From Tubiluchus corallicola (taxonomy: Eukaryota > Animalia > Priapulida): a stretch of DNA of 64,000 nucleotides. The stretch covers positions 519,222 to 583,221 of the forward strand of contig JAQGDQ010000121.1 of assembly GCA_030141605.1 (NCBI GenBank). The letters run 5' to 3'. The notes beneath the pieces were generated by a model, which had not been told where the DNA came from, did not search any database, and worked only from the letters and a program-made list of their open reading frames with translations. A program made the translations under genes and the position numbers. Of the stretch, positions 49,947-63,989 are shown one piece after another. Every line of letters starts with the position of its first letter. Positions within the stretch are counted from its first letter, which is position 1.

Positions 49947-52183
49947 CTAAAAAAAATGGAATAGCTCTTATACTAACACTTTGAAACATACTGAAATGGC
50001 TAAATGGATGCAAGAGATGATTTATTAATGGATGAACTCAGTATTTCAACTATCTCTTGACAGTCATTCTCAAGTGTGTATTGCTGCGAACTCTGAGTGG
50101 CTTTGTAGTTTGCTTACTGTAGTTTTTTTTCTGGAACTATCAGAATGAAATTTATTTTATTTTGTTATTTTATTCTTGTTTCAAGTTCTACATTTCATCC
50201 CTAGCTGTAAAAATAAAACGAAAAATACAAGAGCCACTTTACATTAATTAATTACAAAGAAGGAAGTTTAATTGCCTGTAACATTGAGCTTACTATATAA
50301 AATCAGTGAACAAGATATTACAACACAGCTTTAAGTTATTCTATTACAGCCTATATTTACATTTGCATTTGCAGTACGTTTGACCTATAGCAAAGGATTA
50401 AACTACTAATTACACTGAAATGTCATTTCCGATACATACACAGAATAAATATTGAAGTTTTCTTCAGGAGCAAGTTTCGCCATAAAAACTTGATGATCTC
50501 TTGTATCTATTTCAGCTTAATAGCTTACAACATAAGAATTTTGACCAAAAACAGAGTCAGTACCATTAAAAATGGATGGTAAACATTGTTCTAAGATCTT
50601 GCTTTCAGCATTGCAAGAAAATTCATATAAATAAATACTTTTTGCACTAAAATTTTATCTGTAGACTGAGTGTTATTTATAAATATAAATGAACTTAGAA
50701 CAGAAATAATTGGAGAAACTTACAATACTGACAAAATCCGCTATCACATCACATCATTCTTGTCTACTCCAAAGCAACTGGCTACTCCTGTCTAGAGTCC
50801 ATTTCATCCTATAAAATGAACTGAGTACTGAAAAATAAGACTAATCATTAGGACTGAGACAGTTAGGCTTTTTATCTAACCGTTTAAATGTTAGTAATTG
50901 CAGTTGATTAACCGTTTAGGATGACGTCATACATATAACAAAATATCGAATGCATATGACGAATTAATATGAAGAAATTATCTAACGCTAACCCATTACA
51001 TAATCATAGAAATTTACTCAACTTAGTATTTTTCATCTACATGAATAAATTATGGACCCTTTTGAATGTTTGAAGAAATTTTTGAGCAACAAAATTCAAT
51101 TTATAAAGAAATAAAAATTGCTGTGACTCAATTACCACCTCTAAATTGTGCTATGTTTACTCACACATCACGTAATCACCACATGCGCAAACTGCTGCGT
51201 GGCAGATAAGTAAGTGTATCTGAATCAATGTGAGAAGTTAATATAACAGAGTTTCAACAAGCAAAAATTAATCTCCTTGTAGATTTTTGTGTGAAAAGTA
51301 TCGAAATACTAACTGCATACATTTTAGTTAAACATATTTGTATATAGTCTGTTTTCTTTCCATTTTAAATTAATAGTTGTTTTATTCCTTATTCCTTGCA
51401 CGAGTAAGCGGTGTGGTTCAAATCTAGCATGACAGAGCATCCTCGTAACACATGCAAGCAAAAAACTTATTGCAATTTACCGTTTACGTGACCAGATTAA
51501 TTATAACAATGTTGTAAATAGAGCAATTTCATGTAAGAGAGACATTGCTAAATGCGTATGCCAACTCAGAAAAGATACAATGTTTTATTAATATGGATAC
51601 GTAGAAAACTTGGTTAATTAACAGTTAAACGGTTAGTGATTTTCTAAACTTTTACACCGGTTAGCAATTTAAATGGTTAACCATCTCAGCCTTGCATCCA
51701 GAAAAACAGAAATCCAGAAAAAAGCTCGCTTCAAAAAAGTTTAAAGCAGCATCTTTTAAGTAGTAACCGGTCACAAGAGTGTGAGTTAGACACACACGCA
51801 CACATACATATGTTTCTTTTACTAGTCAGCACAATCATATTAAGGAATAGTTTTCCAAGTAATTTTATGAAAATGTCAACCATTTTACTGTTACGGTGTT
51901 GGGTATATAATTTTGTCTTGCGTATTTATGCTTATATTTTATGTATGCTAAATGTGCATGTAAGAGTCCCATTCAAAAAAAGTTTTTTAACTTATGGGTG
52001 CACCTGATGTGCTTTCAAAGTTCAATGAAATGAAAATAAGTGTTGCTAAATGGTACCATTTCTATCTTTAAATGTTCTTTCATGATTCCCTCTCTTCTTG
52101 CTCAGTATGGTAAATGTATGTGTTATTATATATCTTATTGTAATACTTACTATAAATGATGTTAAGAGACCCATCAAATAGAG

Positions 52184-52540
52184 ATAATAATAATAATAAT
52201 AATTAATAGGCCTTATAGTTATACACATACTGTTCAGTGTTATACTGTCATGATAAGGGGTTATGTGAGTTCACTCATAAAAACCCATATTTTTTCACAA
52301 AATAATTGTCGATTAAGGATTTAAACTTTACTACGGTTGGTGCAGCCATCACCATGGCAGGAAGATTATTCCATTCATTCAAAACTCTCACAGAAAATGA
52401 ATATTTACGAACGTCAAGACGTGACCGCTCTTTAAACAGCTTTAAATGATGTCCTCCAGTTTTAGAATCAACAACTAAATTAACGAATTTTTCGGGCAAA
52501 ATGTTTTCTTTTCTAGTTAATATTTTATAAACTTCAATGG
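52184..52540 (-). mobile_element. CR1-clade LINE extreme 3' fragment with probable (TTA)n tail
   Basis: IEVYKILTRKENI...TGGHHLKLFKERSRLDVRKYSFSVRVLNEWNNLP...APTVVKFKSLID is the typical CR1 ORF2 C-terminus; short 3' UTR then a TAA repeat at 52184-52202. Confidence 0.88.
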
Positions 52541-52729
52541 TGTAGTACTAGCTTTCACTTTTACTTTTTTAGGTACTCTTACTTTTAGTAAAAAATAAAT
52601 TTTTACTTTTAGCACGATTGCAAAACGATCTATCTTCATACAGAACTACTACAAATTTAAAAAAATGCTAAATTAAAAGTAAATAAAAGAAAACTACACA
52701 AATAGTCAAAAACACAGTAATTATTATTT

Positions 52730-52825
52730 ATAGTCGTTGCTAAGGCTGCAGTTGGCCCAAAAACAAAAGCACATCCCTGCACTTTGTGCCGGATATAAAC
52801 AGAATAAAAACGTCACTTCCCTAAT
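52730..52825. promoter_or_regulatory. Probable TAF7 promoter, possibly shared with divergent VWA3B
   Basis: CpG-containing patch 110-200 bp before the TAF7 ATG, with CGTCACTTCC (CRE half-site plus ETS core, 52811-52820) and X-box-like GTTGCTAAGGCTGC (52736-52749). Motif matches only. Confidence 0.4.
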
Positions 52826-52935
52826 AAATAGAGATAGTGTCACAGTGTGTCACACAAAAAACGTGTTTCTGTGTTTATACGGTTTCGCTATTAATTATTC
52901 TGTGTGTGTATATTAATTATCATTCAATTACGAAA

Positions 52936-55900
52936 ATGCAAAAGCAAGCTCCACACGTCGAAAAAACGACTAAGAGAAAAGAAGATACGTGCGAATTAGA
53001 GAGTCAGTTTATATTACGCTTACCCCCTGTACGTTTTTTTATTTCCTCTACTTTAGCGTTGTTCAACTAAAATGATTTACACATGCCAGTAGCTAGCTCG
53101 AATAACTTCAAATTCTATTGTAACGAATAACTATTGAAACCATTTTATGCACAGGGAAAATTAAGGTGACCTGTGGAGATTTCATATAACTTACGTGATA
53201 CACTAGCATGTAGTTCCATTAACTCCACTCCTCATTAACATTTCTTTCAACTGTCAGCATGAAAAATCTAGTTGTTAAAACTATATAGTCCTAGTTTACA
53301 ATGGACTGTATCAAACTGGTTTTATCTTCCATTCACTGACCAAAAATACAAATATACCTGCAGTAACTTGACACAAATTCTCTGCAAAAAATTGAAAAGA
53401 AAAAGAAATTTAGTAATAAGAAAAGATTTCTTATTCTCTGCTAACCTGCCTTACATTTTACAAAAGATTGTTGTACAATTTCGCACGCTGCATACACAAT
53501 AACAATAATGTTTGGCATCTTTTCATATTTGTGGTGGGTGACTGGTCAATGGACAATACTGGTATGATTGGCAGCTTTACATGCATTTCTCCTATTTATT
53601 TGTGCTCCCCGCACACAAAATGTTTTCAGCAGTTCTTCACATTAATGCACTGCTGAAATAGGGGGGGGCAATCACATAGCTACAGTAAAATAAGGTAAAG
53701 TAAAGACACCATATATGCACACTCCTTGTCCACTCAGACATGTGGAGAATAGCTGACACTGCTTAAGGAGTAAAATTTTGTCAACTAAAAACATTATTAA
53801 TTAGTGCAAATATTTACGATATTTTAAAAAATGTTACAAGAAAATTATTGTTTACAATATATTTGTGGTATCAGTAAATAAGAGCACCATTTCCAACATT
53901 AGGAAGATCCACATGACATACTTCTTGTGTTTCTCTTGTGATCTGGAATTGCCTTCAAAGGGGCCAATATTTATATTTTGAGAAACCATAAAAATGCGTC
54001 AGTGTCTTAGTATCCTATTTAAAGTACTAGTTGTTGTTATTCATTTATGTAACAAAGTGATGTAGTTTTCTGTATTATGTAGTTTTATGCCTTTGTAGCA
54101 TCCTGCACATCAGTTAAGGAATGCTGTACGATCAGGAGCCATGAATTTAAAAGATCGAATGTCTATAGAACTACAGAGTGATATGAGAACTGCTACGGTC
54201 AGGTTTGATGGCATGATTTTTTCTGGAAAGGTAATTACTAGAGTGGAAAACTACCATGCATGCATATATTAGGATTCATTCAAAATTGGTGACTGTTCAT
54301 GGATATAGTTTGTAAACATGTATCGCTGTTCGTGATTTTTAGTTCCTAAAATATTAGCTGTGTATAGTGTAACAAGTAAAATGAATCAAGTGAATTTCTT
54401 ACGTGAATTCCTGTCATTTGGACTAGTTAGTATCAATGCGTAAATGGGTTGTCATTAGATTGGTCTATCACATGAAGAATTTAGTGTTAAAGGAAGACAG
54501 GATGACCTTTCATATACTACCCCATTTTCAAGTCCGATGTTAAGTATACATTTTAACACAGTTAATACTGCAAAAGTGTTTCTAATAATTAAATAATAGA
54601 TTAAAAACTTAATTAATGGCATGCGAGCCTTGCTATTGATGACATCACAAATTAACATAATTTTCAACAGCAAAAAATATTCCATGGGTGTCTTGCAAAA
54701 GCGAAAATTATAAGTACAGCACTACTGTAAGTTATTCAGTGTGTTGTACTAAAACTAGGCAAGTTCTAAGATAAAAGTTCAAATTTACCGCTGTGCTCTC
54801 GCATGAGGGGTTGAATGTGTGTATTTCATTAGAAACTAACACATCTGAACTGAGAGGTACAGTGCCTGTTTTTGTGCAGTGCGTTTCGCATATCTAGGCG
54901 CTACCACTAGCGAATTGCGAAATGCATGTAACAGCGAAGAAATAGTGATGCGTATGCCAAATTGTGTTTGTGTGGTAATAATTCTTTTAAGTAAGTCATT
55001 TTTGAAAAAATAGTACGTTTCCTGTCAATATTTTAAAGAGCAGGTTGTTTTGACCGACAGTTTAAGATTGGGTCCGGTTTTGCTTTTAATGTTTTTAATT
55101 TAAAAGTTCACATTCCCAGTTATTTACGGTACAAAAACGTAAAGACTGCTGTCCAATATTTGCATTTTATATACCATTATTTCTTGCAGTTAGTTGACTT
55201 ACCATGTGTGATAGAATCTCATAAAACCATTGACCGGAAAACTTTCTATAAGACAGCTGACATCTCTCAAGTAAGCATTCAATACACAATGTCTGCTATT
55301 TCAAATATATTTGTACATCTGCCTGCTTATGATAACATCTGCATGCTAATAGCTCTTTTATTCGGGTTTAATAAAAACGACGAGTGCCACTTTTTTAAAA
55401 AAATTACGTTTTAAGTGAAACATTCAATGTGTTGCATACAATCAAGCACGAAAGGCATTTATGAAAACTGATCAATGCATAGCTATTTTGGATCAGAAAA
55501 GCCAGCAACACAAACGGTTGCATGCAATATTTAGTTTTGTTTATGTAATATGTTTATTATGTAGATGTTGATATGCAAGGATACATTCGATGATCTTAGT
55601 TTGGACGACACCACTCCAGGAAAGAAAAAGGATAAACGTAAAGAGGATAAAAAATACATGTGGAATCATGGAAGTAAGTACTTGTGATCATTCTTGCATA
55701 TCTCAATAATCACTGACGAGATCAGTAATAATTATTACCATTGGATGTTTATTGAATTTGAACTTTGACGTTTTGCTTTATAAGGCTGTGCAGCTTTCAT
55801 CATTTATTTTCTTATCACATGACAGCTTTTTTTGGTATTTTTGCTTAATGGCAAACTGTAACAGTTACTTAAATTCTAATCGCGATTGCTGTTTTGTTGG

Positions 55901-58900
55901 TCAAATTTTGGGCCTACTATGTTTAGGTAATATTCAGTCATCTCTAAGCCAGGCTTAAGGAAGTTACAATTACCATTATGATTACAAATTACTTTTTGCC
56001 ACAATACTTTTTATGAACAAGCTGTTTAGTAAAAGTTTAGACGGTATAAAATTTGATTAATTGATTTCTAAGTCATCAGTCAGCATCACCTGTGAGACGA
56101 AATTATGTAACCACTTAGTTTGTTTTTATCTAAAAATCAACTAATAACACTTGCTGAAGCGATAACAGATATCGGTTATTTTGCTCTGCTACCATTTATT
56201 TTCCTGCATAAGAACTAAAACTCCACAAAGAATTCTATTCCTTTGTATTTAGCCTTACGCAAGCCTGAACGTAACACTTATAGGAGCACATTAACAGTAC
56301 TATTGGCAATTAATATTTTTAAAACGAACATAGTTAATAATTCTAGATACAGCCACACACACAGCTTAGCATACATTGTCTTGCAATCAGCTTTTTAAAA
56401 TTTGTTATTTATTTTGTTGTTTGTAGTTACTCCTCCACTAAAAAATGTCCGGAAAAGAAGATTCCGGAAGACAGCTAAAAAGAAGGTTTGTGAAGTCATT
56501 ATGAAATGATCATATAAATGCTACAGTTTTTGCATGGGCATTATCAATGCTAAAAAGTTAAATCTGACAATTTTGTGGTGATAAGAATACAGTCTGATCT
56601 GAGAATGTCAATTCCTGTGACTTTAAAGTTATAAAAAGTTTGATAATTTTAAAGAACCAATGCATATAATTAAATTGCTTTAGTAATCAAGTAAGGCCTT
56701 GTAACAGAATAGTGCAAATATGAAAAATTCACTCGTATTCTAGAAATTGAAATGTTTTTTAAATATTTCTGATTAGATTGCTGCTAAAAGCCATTGCTAG
56801 ATCATTTAACAGTATTAGATTATTTGCAATGAAACAAGTCGTTCTTCATAACTTTATCAGCCGAATATTAATTTATATTTAATTAAGAAACAAACATATC
56901 ATTTTTAGTTTAAATGTTTGAGAAACCTGTTTATTTGCAATATATGTAGTATAGCAACTCATACTAGTATTCACTTACTGTTTCACTGTATTTGTGCTCA
57001 CAGTGACATCTCATGCATATGGCTGTCAAACAACAGCCTGCTTCAGTGCATGAAAACAGAGCAGAAGTAAAACTGTAACGAGTGTTTTTTTTTACTTGCT
57101 TTATTGTTGCTGTTTTATTTGATGAATTGTAAAAATTCGATGTTCCTTTTTTATGTACTATACTTAATATCCAAATAAATATTTTCAGTATGTTGAACAA
57201 CCAGATATAGAGAAGGAGGTGAAGGCCTTGTTCAAACTAGATAATGAGGCAGTACGGGTACGGTACGAAATTGTTACCGAGGACCAAGAGAAAAAAGAAT
57301 CTGTGCGTTTATCATCCGGTGAAGCAGTCAATACAAATCTTCCCTCACAGTCTAATGAATCATCTACTAATCCTTTAGATGTTGGTAAGTCTACTAGTGA
57401 TCTGCATTATAAAAAGATCTTAGATATCTTGAGGACCAAAATTTTTCACATCTAATTTGTGGCATCCTGCTTGCCAATCTGTTCCACTGAAAGACCTTCC
57501 AGCAAGTTCATTTCCCAAAGGATACTAATGAAACTCAAATTACAAACCGAAACCGAAGTTTATGAAACATAGGGAAACGGTACCAAAATATAATGAACCG
57601 AAATCGTTTTTGCAAAACCATCTATTATTAAATCTGACTAAAAACAAAATCCTGAGATAAGTAGAATACTTTGTTTTTTCTTGTTTGCTTTTATTTGCTC
57701 TGATGAAATAGCTAACCAACAAAAATTTGCATTTCAGTGGTGCGTTTATTAGATTCACGGTTAATAGAATCAGTCACCTAATTGACTAAAAAATGTCTGG
57801 TATGGCACCCCTATTCAAATGTACATAAAAAGCTGTTAGCATTTGACTTAAGCAGGTCCGACTAATTGATTCAATATTTTTGCTTCAGGACTCTTATGGT
57901 GATGAAAGAGCTTTTACTCCATTTATGTCATATTTATTTGAACTAATATTTATTTGATAATTATTTAGATAAACTAGAACTAGAATCCTGAAAGTCAATT
58001 CTGGAAGAATTCTGGCCCAGCTATAGATCTGTAATTAGAACTAAAACCTTGGAACTTCAATTTGCAATGTACTTATAGCTTAACAACTAAACAATTAACT
58101 GTTAAAATGTGAAATAATCAGTTAAATGCAAAACCTTTAAAACGCTTAAATGTAATTTTTTTAAAGCAAACCACTTCATCAAACTTGAGGTTCTGTATTA
58201 TCATACCTCCTTGCATTTAAGTAATTTAAGTGTTGTTGTTTAAGTTTAAATTTATTCTGCATTGCCGTAAAAAGCTGACTTTGACACATCATGCTTCCGA
58301 AATTTTTGCTTTAGTTGAGCACTTTTAGACAAGACTTTTCAGCACTTTTTAGCATCTGTGAGATAGAAAATGTAAACTAGTTAAATACTAATAAAACCTC
58401 AAGGAATAATATCAAAAGCTACTGAAAATTTCAATAAAAACAAAACTGAGCCAAAGTATAATTTTTTGTTTCAGTAACAACTCTGAGATTTCCTGACAAG
58501 TTTAATTTTATACAGATCTTATTTTTAAGAATTTCATATCCTGAAAATTTGTGATTTATTTGTTTCTCTGTTACTTTGTTCTTGTTTAAATTGTTCATTT
58601 GTTTCAAGTTTATTTATTGGCTTTTCACGTAAATTATTATTGTTTATTATTATCCATTTTTATTGCAGCTATCTCTGACATATTTGGAGAGGCAGTTAGC
58701 TCTTCAGATGAAGAAGCTGAGGTTAATGTTTTAGCAGAAGATGATGAGAGCAATTTAGGGCAATCACAACCATCAGATTTTCTTGCTCAGGTATAAAAAC
58801 AAAGAAATATTATATTCTTATTTGTTCACTGTTTGTCAAAGCTTATCCAATAGTACACTTAAATTCGTGACCACACTTTTTTTATAACCATATTTTTATT

Positions 58901-61270
58901 ATTGTAGAAACAAAAATAAACCTTTGGCCACAGTTAACAATACTTACAAAGCTAATACATTCTACAATTTTTATACTTTCTATTTACATTTTGCTAGTTG
59001 CTGTTTTAAACCAGTAATCATAAATTCAGTCTTAGCATCATTAATAAATAGCCTGTGATCAATCATCTATTTGCATGCATGAGTGATACAATTTTCTATT
59101 GCTGTAAGAGTAGCTTCATCAGGGGTCATTTCAGCTAACTAGAAGAAAAGGTATAGTTGGTTGTCGCATGTATAATATAAACATAAAAGGCCATAGGCAA
59201 AAGCCCTGAGGAACACCATAGATGAAATTAAACTTCTTTGATAATGTGTCACTTCTTAGAACTTGCTGTTGACGTCCATGTAAGTGACTGAAACCAGTTC
59301 AGAGCTACACTACCCTATACACTCTAGAACTACAATATCATGCTCCAGATTACTGAGTAATAGTTCGTAGTCGACTGTGTCGAAGGCTGAGCTTATAAGT
59401 TTTGAAGCACTAACAAAGTCACATGTTGCTTATCCATAGTACTTAAAAAATATGTCATTGTACCTTTACAGACATAATTTAGTGCTATAGTGTTTCCTGC
59501 ACTGCTGAAGTGTGTCATTAAGTAAGTGATTTAGTGTAAAATTCATAACTGCTACAACCACCCTTCTGCCCATACTATATCATGGTGTAGCTAATATAGT
59601 ATTTAATATTGTTGGTGAAATGTACTTAGCAGGTAGCCATGAAACCATACAGCTAAAAAAGCATGAATTGCATGCTGAGCATATCAGCATTAGTGAATAC
59701 AGACAGGTGTGTTGGGCGACACTTTTCCCAGTAAATGGCACACGCTCACTGTTGTAAGCAGCTTTTTCATCCAGGTCACAGAGATATGGATGTTTACTAA
59801 TCCATATCCCGGATGTGTTAGTGTGACACTTTTCCCACTAAATGGCACATACACACACTGCTGTGGACCACAGTATATGGATACAGAATCAGTGATTTTA
59901 TACTAGTATTTTATGTATGGTGTAACGAAAATGCATCTGAATTCCATGAATTATTTGCTTCTGATTCAGGTTGTGACAGAAACCGTGGGAGAAGAAAATC
60001 AGGACGATTTTCAAGACAATGAGCAAATTGATGATGATGATGACGATGATGACAACTTGGACATTGAAGCTGGTGATGAGATATCTAACATGTCTACCCA
60101 GAGTGGTATGAGTAGGTCTTCAGTACATTATAAAGAAAACGTTTTTTGTTTAGTTGGAGTGATATCCTCTACTTGCAGATTCTTGCTGCTTCCTTATTTG
60201 AGCACGCAAACTTGAAAGTAAAAACTATGTTTTCACATTTTGTATAGTTACCCTGGGTACAGACGACATGTTCATATCCGGGCCAGTGATTAAGAATTTT
60301 CAAGTTTTGTGGTCTTCTAATTAGTTTCTAGTTAAATTTGGTAATTGGTAAACAAAAAATGTGAATGCTCTTTTGTTAATCAACTCTTTTATTGGGCTTT
60401 ATCTTGTGTTAGTTTCAGATTCTCAGGCCAGACTGGAGACATTGGAACAAGAGTTGCGGGATATCCGTGAGCGGCGCCAGGTTCAAGAAGTACAAGTCGA
60501 TACCACAGAAAACCTTGGCCTTAAAGAGCGACTGCAAGCCGCATTAAATGAATTAATTGAGGAAGAAAAAACAAAAGAGGAAGAGGTATGCCAGTCTTTT
60601 TTTTCTGAGTAATTTGTCTCTATTGTGGATGTACATTTTTGCAAACATTGACAGGTTTGCATTACTAAAACTGGTGTAGTATTGCACTATGTGAAAAAAA
60701 AGTAGGAAATCTGTCCTGTAATTTATACTAATACCATACAACAGATTTTCAAAGACGGGATTGTAAATAAATAACAAAACAGTCCCCAAATAATAGGTTG
60801 CATGTGTAAAATTTCAAAACCACAATAATCATACCTACCTGGTTGGCAATTGCTTACCATTACTTATACCATCTGAAGGGGTGTGATGCATATTAATTCA
60901 GCAAGTTCGAAAGCAAAGAAAACATTGTCGTCAAAGTTCACAGAACTCGTATCATACAGAATGACCTTATGTTGTGAAATGTTTTTATTCTGAAGCTGGC
61001 ATTTTTAAAACGAAATATCATTACAGCAGTTACCCTTAAGCGTTCAATGTCCAATAGTTATTACAAAGCACAGCTACAAATGTCTACCATCCAAGCTAAT
61101 AAAAACACAATAGTGAGAATTGAGCGGTGCAATTTTACGTGAGAAAATTCTTATTAATTTGTGGTAACAGGACAGTCTTGATAATGTTACAATTTGTTTG
61201 TTGTTCTTAATTTTAGTTACAACAAGCTACAACAGCACTCCAAGGAGGAGACAACGAGTCATTTTTATGA
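52936..61270 (+). CDS. TAF7: TFIID subunit 7; 10 coding exons: 52936-53028, 54099-54230, 55190-55270, 55565-55673, 56427-56485, 57189-57384, 58669-58790, 59970-60105, 60413(or 60419)-60585, 61217-61270
   Basis: TAFII55_N motifs [67 protein letters not shown] and PDIEKEVKAL; acidic middle region; C-terminal coiled coil with ENLGLKERLQ. All introns GT-AG and in phase. Confidence 0.95.
59100..59570 (-). mobile_element. Decayed L2-like LINE RT fragment in TAF7 intron 7
   Basis: Reverse strand gives SAFDTVDYELLLSNL, ALNWF, GRQQQV and YGVPQG in RT order, with frameshifts. Confidence 0.75.
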
Positions 61271-62322
61271 TCACGGCGAGAAAGTAGAATCAATGACATG
61301 ACTGTCACTTCTACAACTGGCCTATAGAACTTATTTCCTACTACATATACTTTCCAAATGAAAAAGACGTTGATATCAGTAAACTTCGTCAAGCCATTGA
61401 ATTTTATTATTTCATCCAAGTGTTCGCCACACAAGCTTTTTCAGTGTTTTGTTATTTGTCTGACGCATCATTTTCTTTTGAGCAAGTCTACTTTGGTACT
61501 TGTTAAAATGTACGTGTTTAAATGTCTACAATTGATGTAAATACTTCTGTTAAATAAAATGGTGTAAATAGAAATGTTTAAGCATACATTGAAAGATTTT
61601 ATATTTTTTGTTGTAAATAAGTGGTATCAGATCACAGTTATTATATTTTATACTCAATATACATTGTAATTTTTTGCATTATTATAATACTCAGTATATA
61701 CAGACATGCCTATCATATTAAATCAGATTAATTTGCAGAAACCAGATTATTAAATTCACTTTGTAATTTGAATTTAATAGATATCTAGAAATCAAACAAA
61801 TGTGTGAGATAAATGAAAGATGCAACCTTTTGCTGAGACAGGAAATGTGTCGCTGTTGTACAACAAGTTATAACATTTCACCCAAATGAAACTGGATTTT
61901 TAGCCAGTTTGTTTGTACTTTGTTGTGACACAAAAAGTTTAGAAAAGGTCGTCAGTGAAGTTGCCCTTGCTCATTGAATGAAAGCATCATTTATCATTCT
62001 CAGAAAGCAGCGATTAAAAGTTTACATAATTATTTGGAAGAACACATCAGCAAATACATTTTAGGCTTGATGCAAATCTACGAGTCAGAATACAAAAAAA
62101 ATTTAGATTTGCATGCTGTCTGCTGTAACTCCGTTGAATCCACTGACTCATGAACAGCAAGAAGCAGATATACTTGCATCAAAAGCGAGAATGCTTAGAC
62201 TCCATAGGTCTTGAAGATCTATCTAATTCTATCTATCTTGAAGATACATACACCACAACTGAGCTTAATCTTTGATTCCAACACTCGTTCAGCTTTCTAC
62301 GTAGTACAGTTTACAAACAAAC

Positions 62323-63989
62323 TCAGTGTTGTTGAGCAATGTTGGAGAAGTATTCGAGTATATCATCAATCGTAAACTCAAGCGTGATATTAGCACCTGG
62401 ATAACAACGAGCAATCAGATCTTCAAAACTTTTATATTGACGAATGAACTCTTCTTGCATGTCTCTCCAAACCACCTGAAAAAAACAGAGACAGTAGAGC
62501 AAATTTCATTGTAGACAGCTTGTTACTTATTCACAGACTTGATAAGGGTTTAGCACTATACAGTCAAATCTGCTTAACTCAGATTTCCTGTAAACCATTA
62601 AGTAACATTAAGAATTAATGTTGTCTCTTAATGATGAACAAGTATCAGCTGTTTAAGTAAAGAGCTAGTTTGCTGGAAAACTTTTGGCTGATTAATTAAA
62701 ATTGAAAAGCTAAGCATAATGGGAAATTAGCAACATGTAAGCTGATCTCCTAATTAACAAGCTGTAATTAACATAATTATCACTTACCTGTAGCAGATTT
62801 TCTTCCTCACATAGATGCTTATCAACTTTTTTGTACAAATGCTCCAAACCCTTTTTAACCTGTAAATATGTAATTAAGTAATCACAACATCTGTGCCATA
62901 CATGCTTATCTCACTTCAAGACCAACCTTTTACAAGAATTCCTTTTAACTCATAAAGGTGTCTTGTTCTTTTCCCAAAGAGTTCATTTTTCTGCTCCTGA
63001 GAGCAGAATGGAGGAAGATGAGAGGAAAAAGCAAATTATATTTATCCAATTAGTCTTGAGAACAGCGCTTCAGAAGTATCCTGCATTTCTATTATTTTGA
63101 AGGCTTTCAGAGGCTTCGAAACTAAAATCAGGAATTTTTACTTTATAAAATATTGACTGTTTTTTACAGAATGGATTTCTCAGAAACTTTTTTCAACTTC
63201 AGCAATTACGCTTATTATCCACATTATAGGACACGGGTAATTTCTGTTGCAAGCATGAAACTGGGTAGAATTTTGTCAAAAGATGTGAAGATGGAAACAC
63301 TAAAAGTAACAATATTTTAAACAGATAACATAACTGGTGTTTGCTAGCCTATTGATGCATTATGCAAAATTATACTAGAATATGCTCAGATACTACAGTA
63401 ACCTTGTACAACATTCTCTGTATATTGTCTACAGGCACTTGGAATTATTTAAGTTAACCATGTTTTCTGTGAAGAGGTGCCTGTTTTGTTAGATTTTGTC
63501 AAAGGAACTTAGTAACTACCAAGACTGCACTGTTATATGAGTGGTACGGATGTGTAGGTATCTATGTGCAGATATGTACATGTCCATTTTGCATAGGTAT
63601 TGTATTTGTATTGTCTCCATTGTCTTTTGTAGCTTTTCTTCCTTTGCATCTTGTCTTTAGCCTTTTGGGTATTTCTAGAAAAGCAAGCTAATTATAGCTT
63701 ACTCATCTGCCTGCAGTTTGATATGAAGTAGGGTACAAGAACCTGAAACCGTCTAATTGGATTTCTTTCTGACATTTATGTGTTGTTTTTACTATATTGC
63801 CTGCTAGCTTTGGCTTGTGCAGTTGTTTTTACTCGAATATTCTGAAATGCGACATTGTAAGCCAACCTCCTTTCCAGGATATTCCTTTATGACTTTCCTT
63901 AACTCAGTCTTGCTGTATGACAGCTGATATCCAACCTCCTCTTCTTTTACGCCCCGTGCAACAACTGCCTGTACACCCTCAAAAAAATT
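62323..63989 (-). CDS. EXOC1: Exocyst complex component 1 (Sec3), last three coding exons 63989-63867, 62859-62788, 62475-62323; the rest lies beyond the right edge
   Basis: [115 protein letters not shown]-stop, the conserved EXOC1 C-terminus. Confidence 0.96.
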
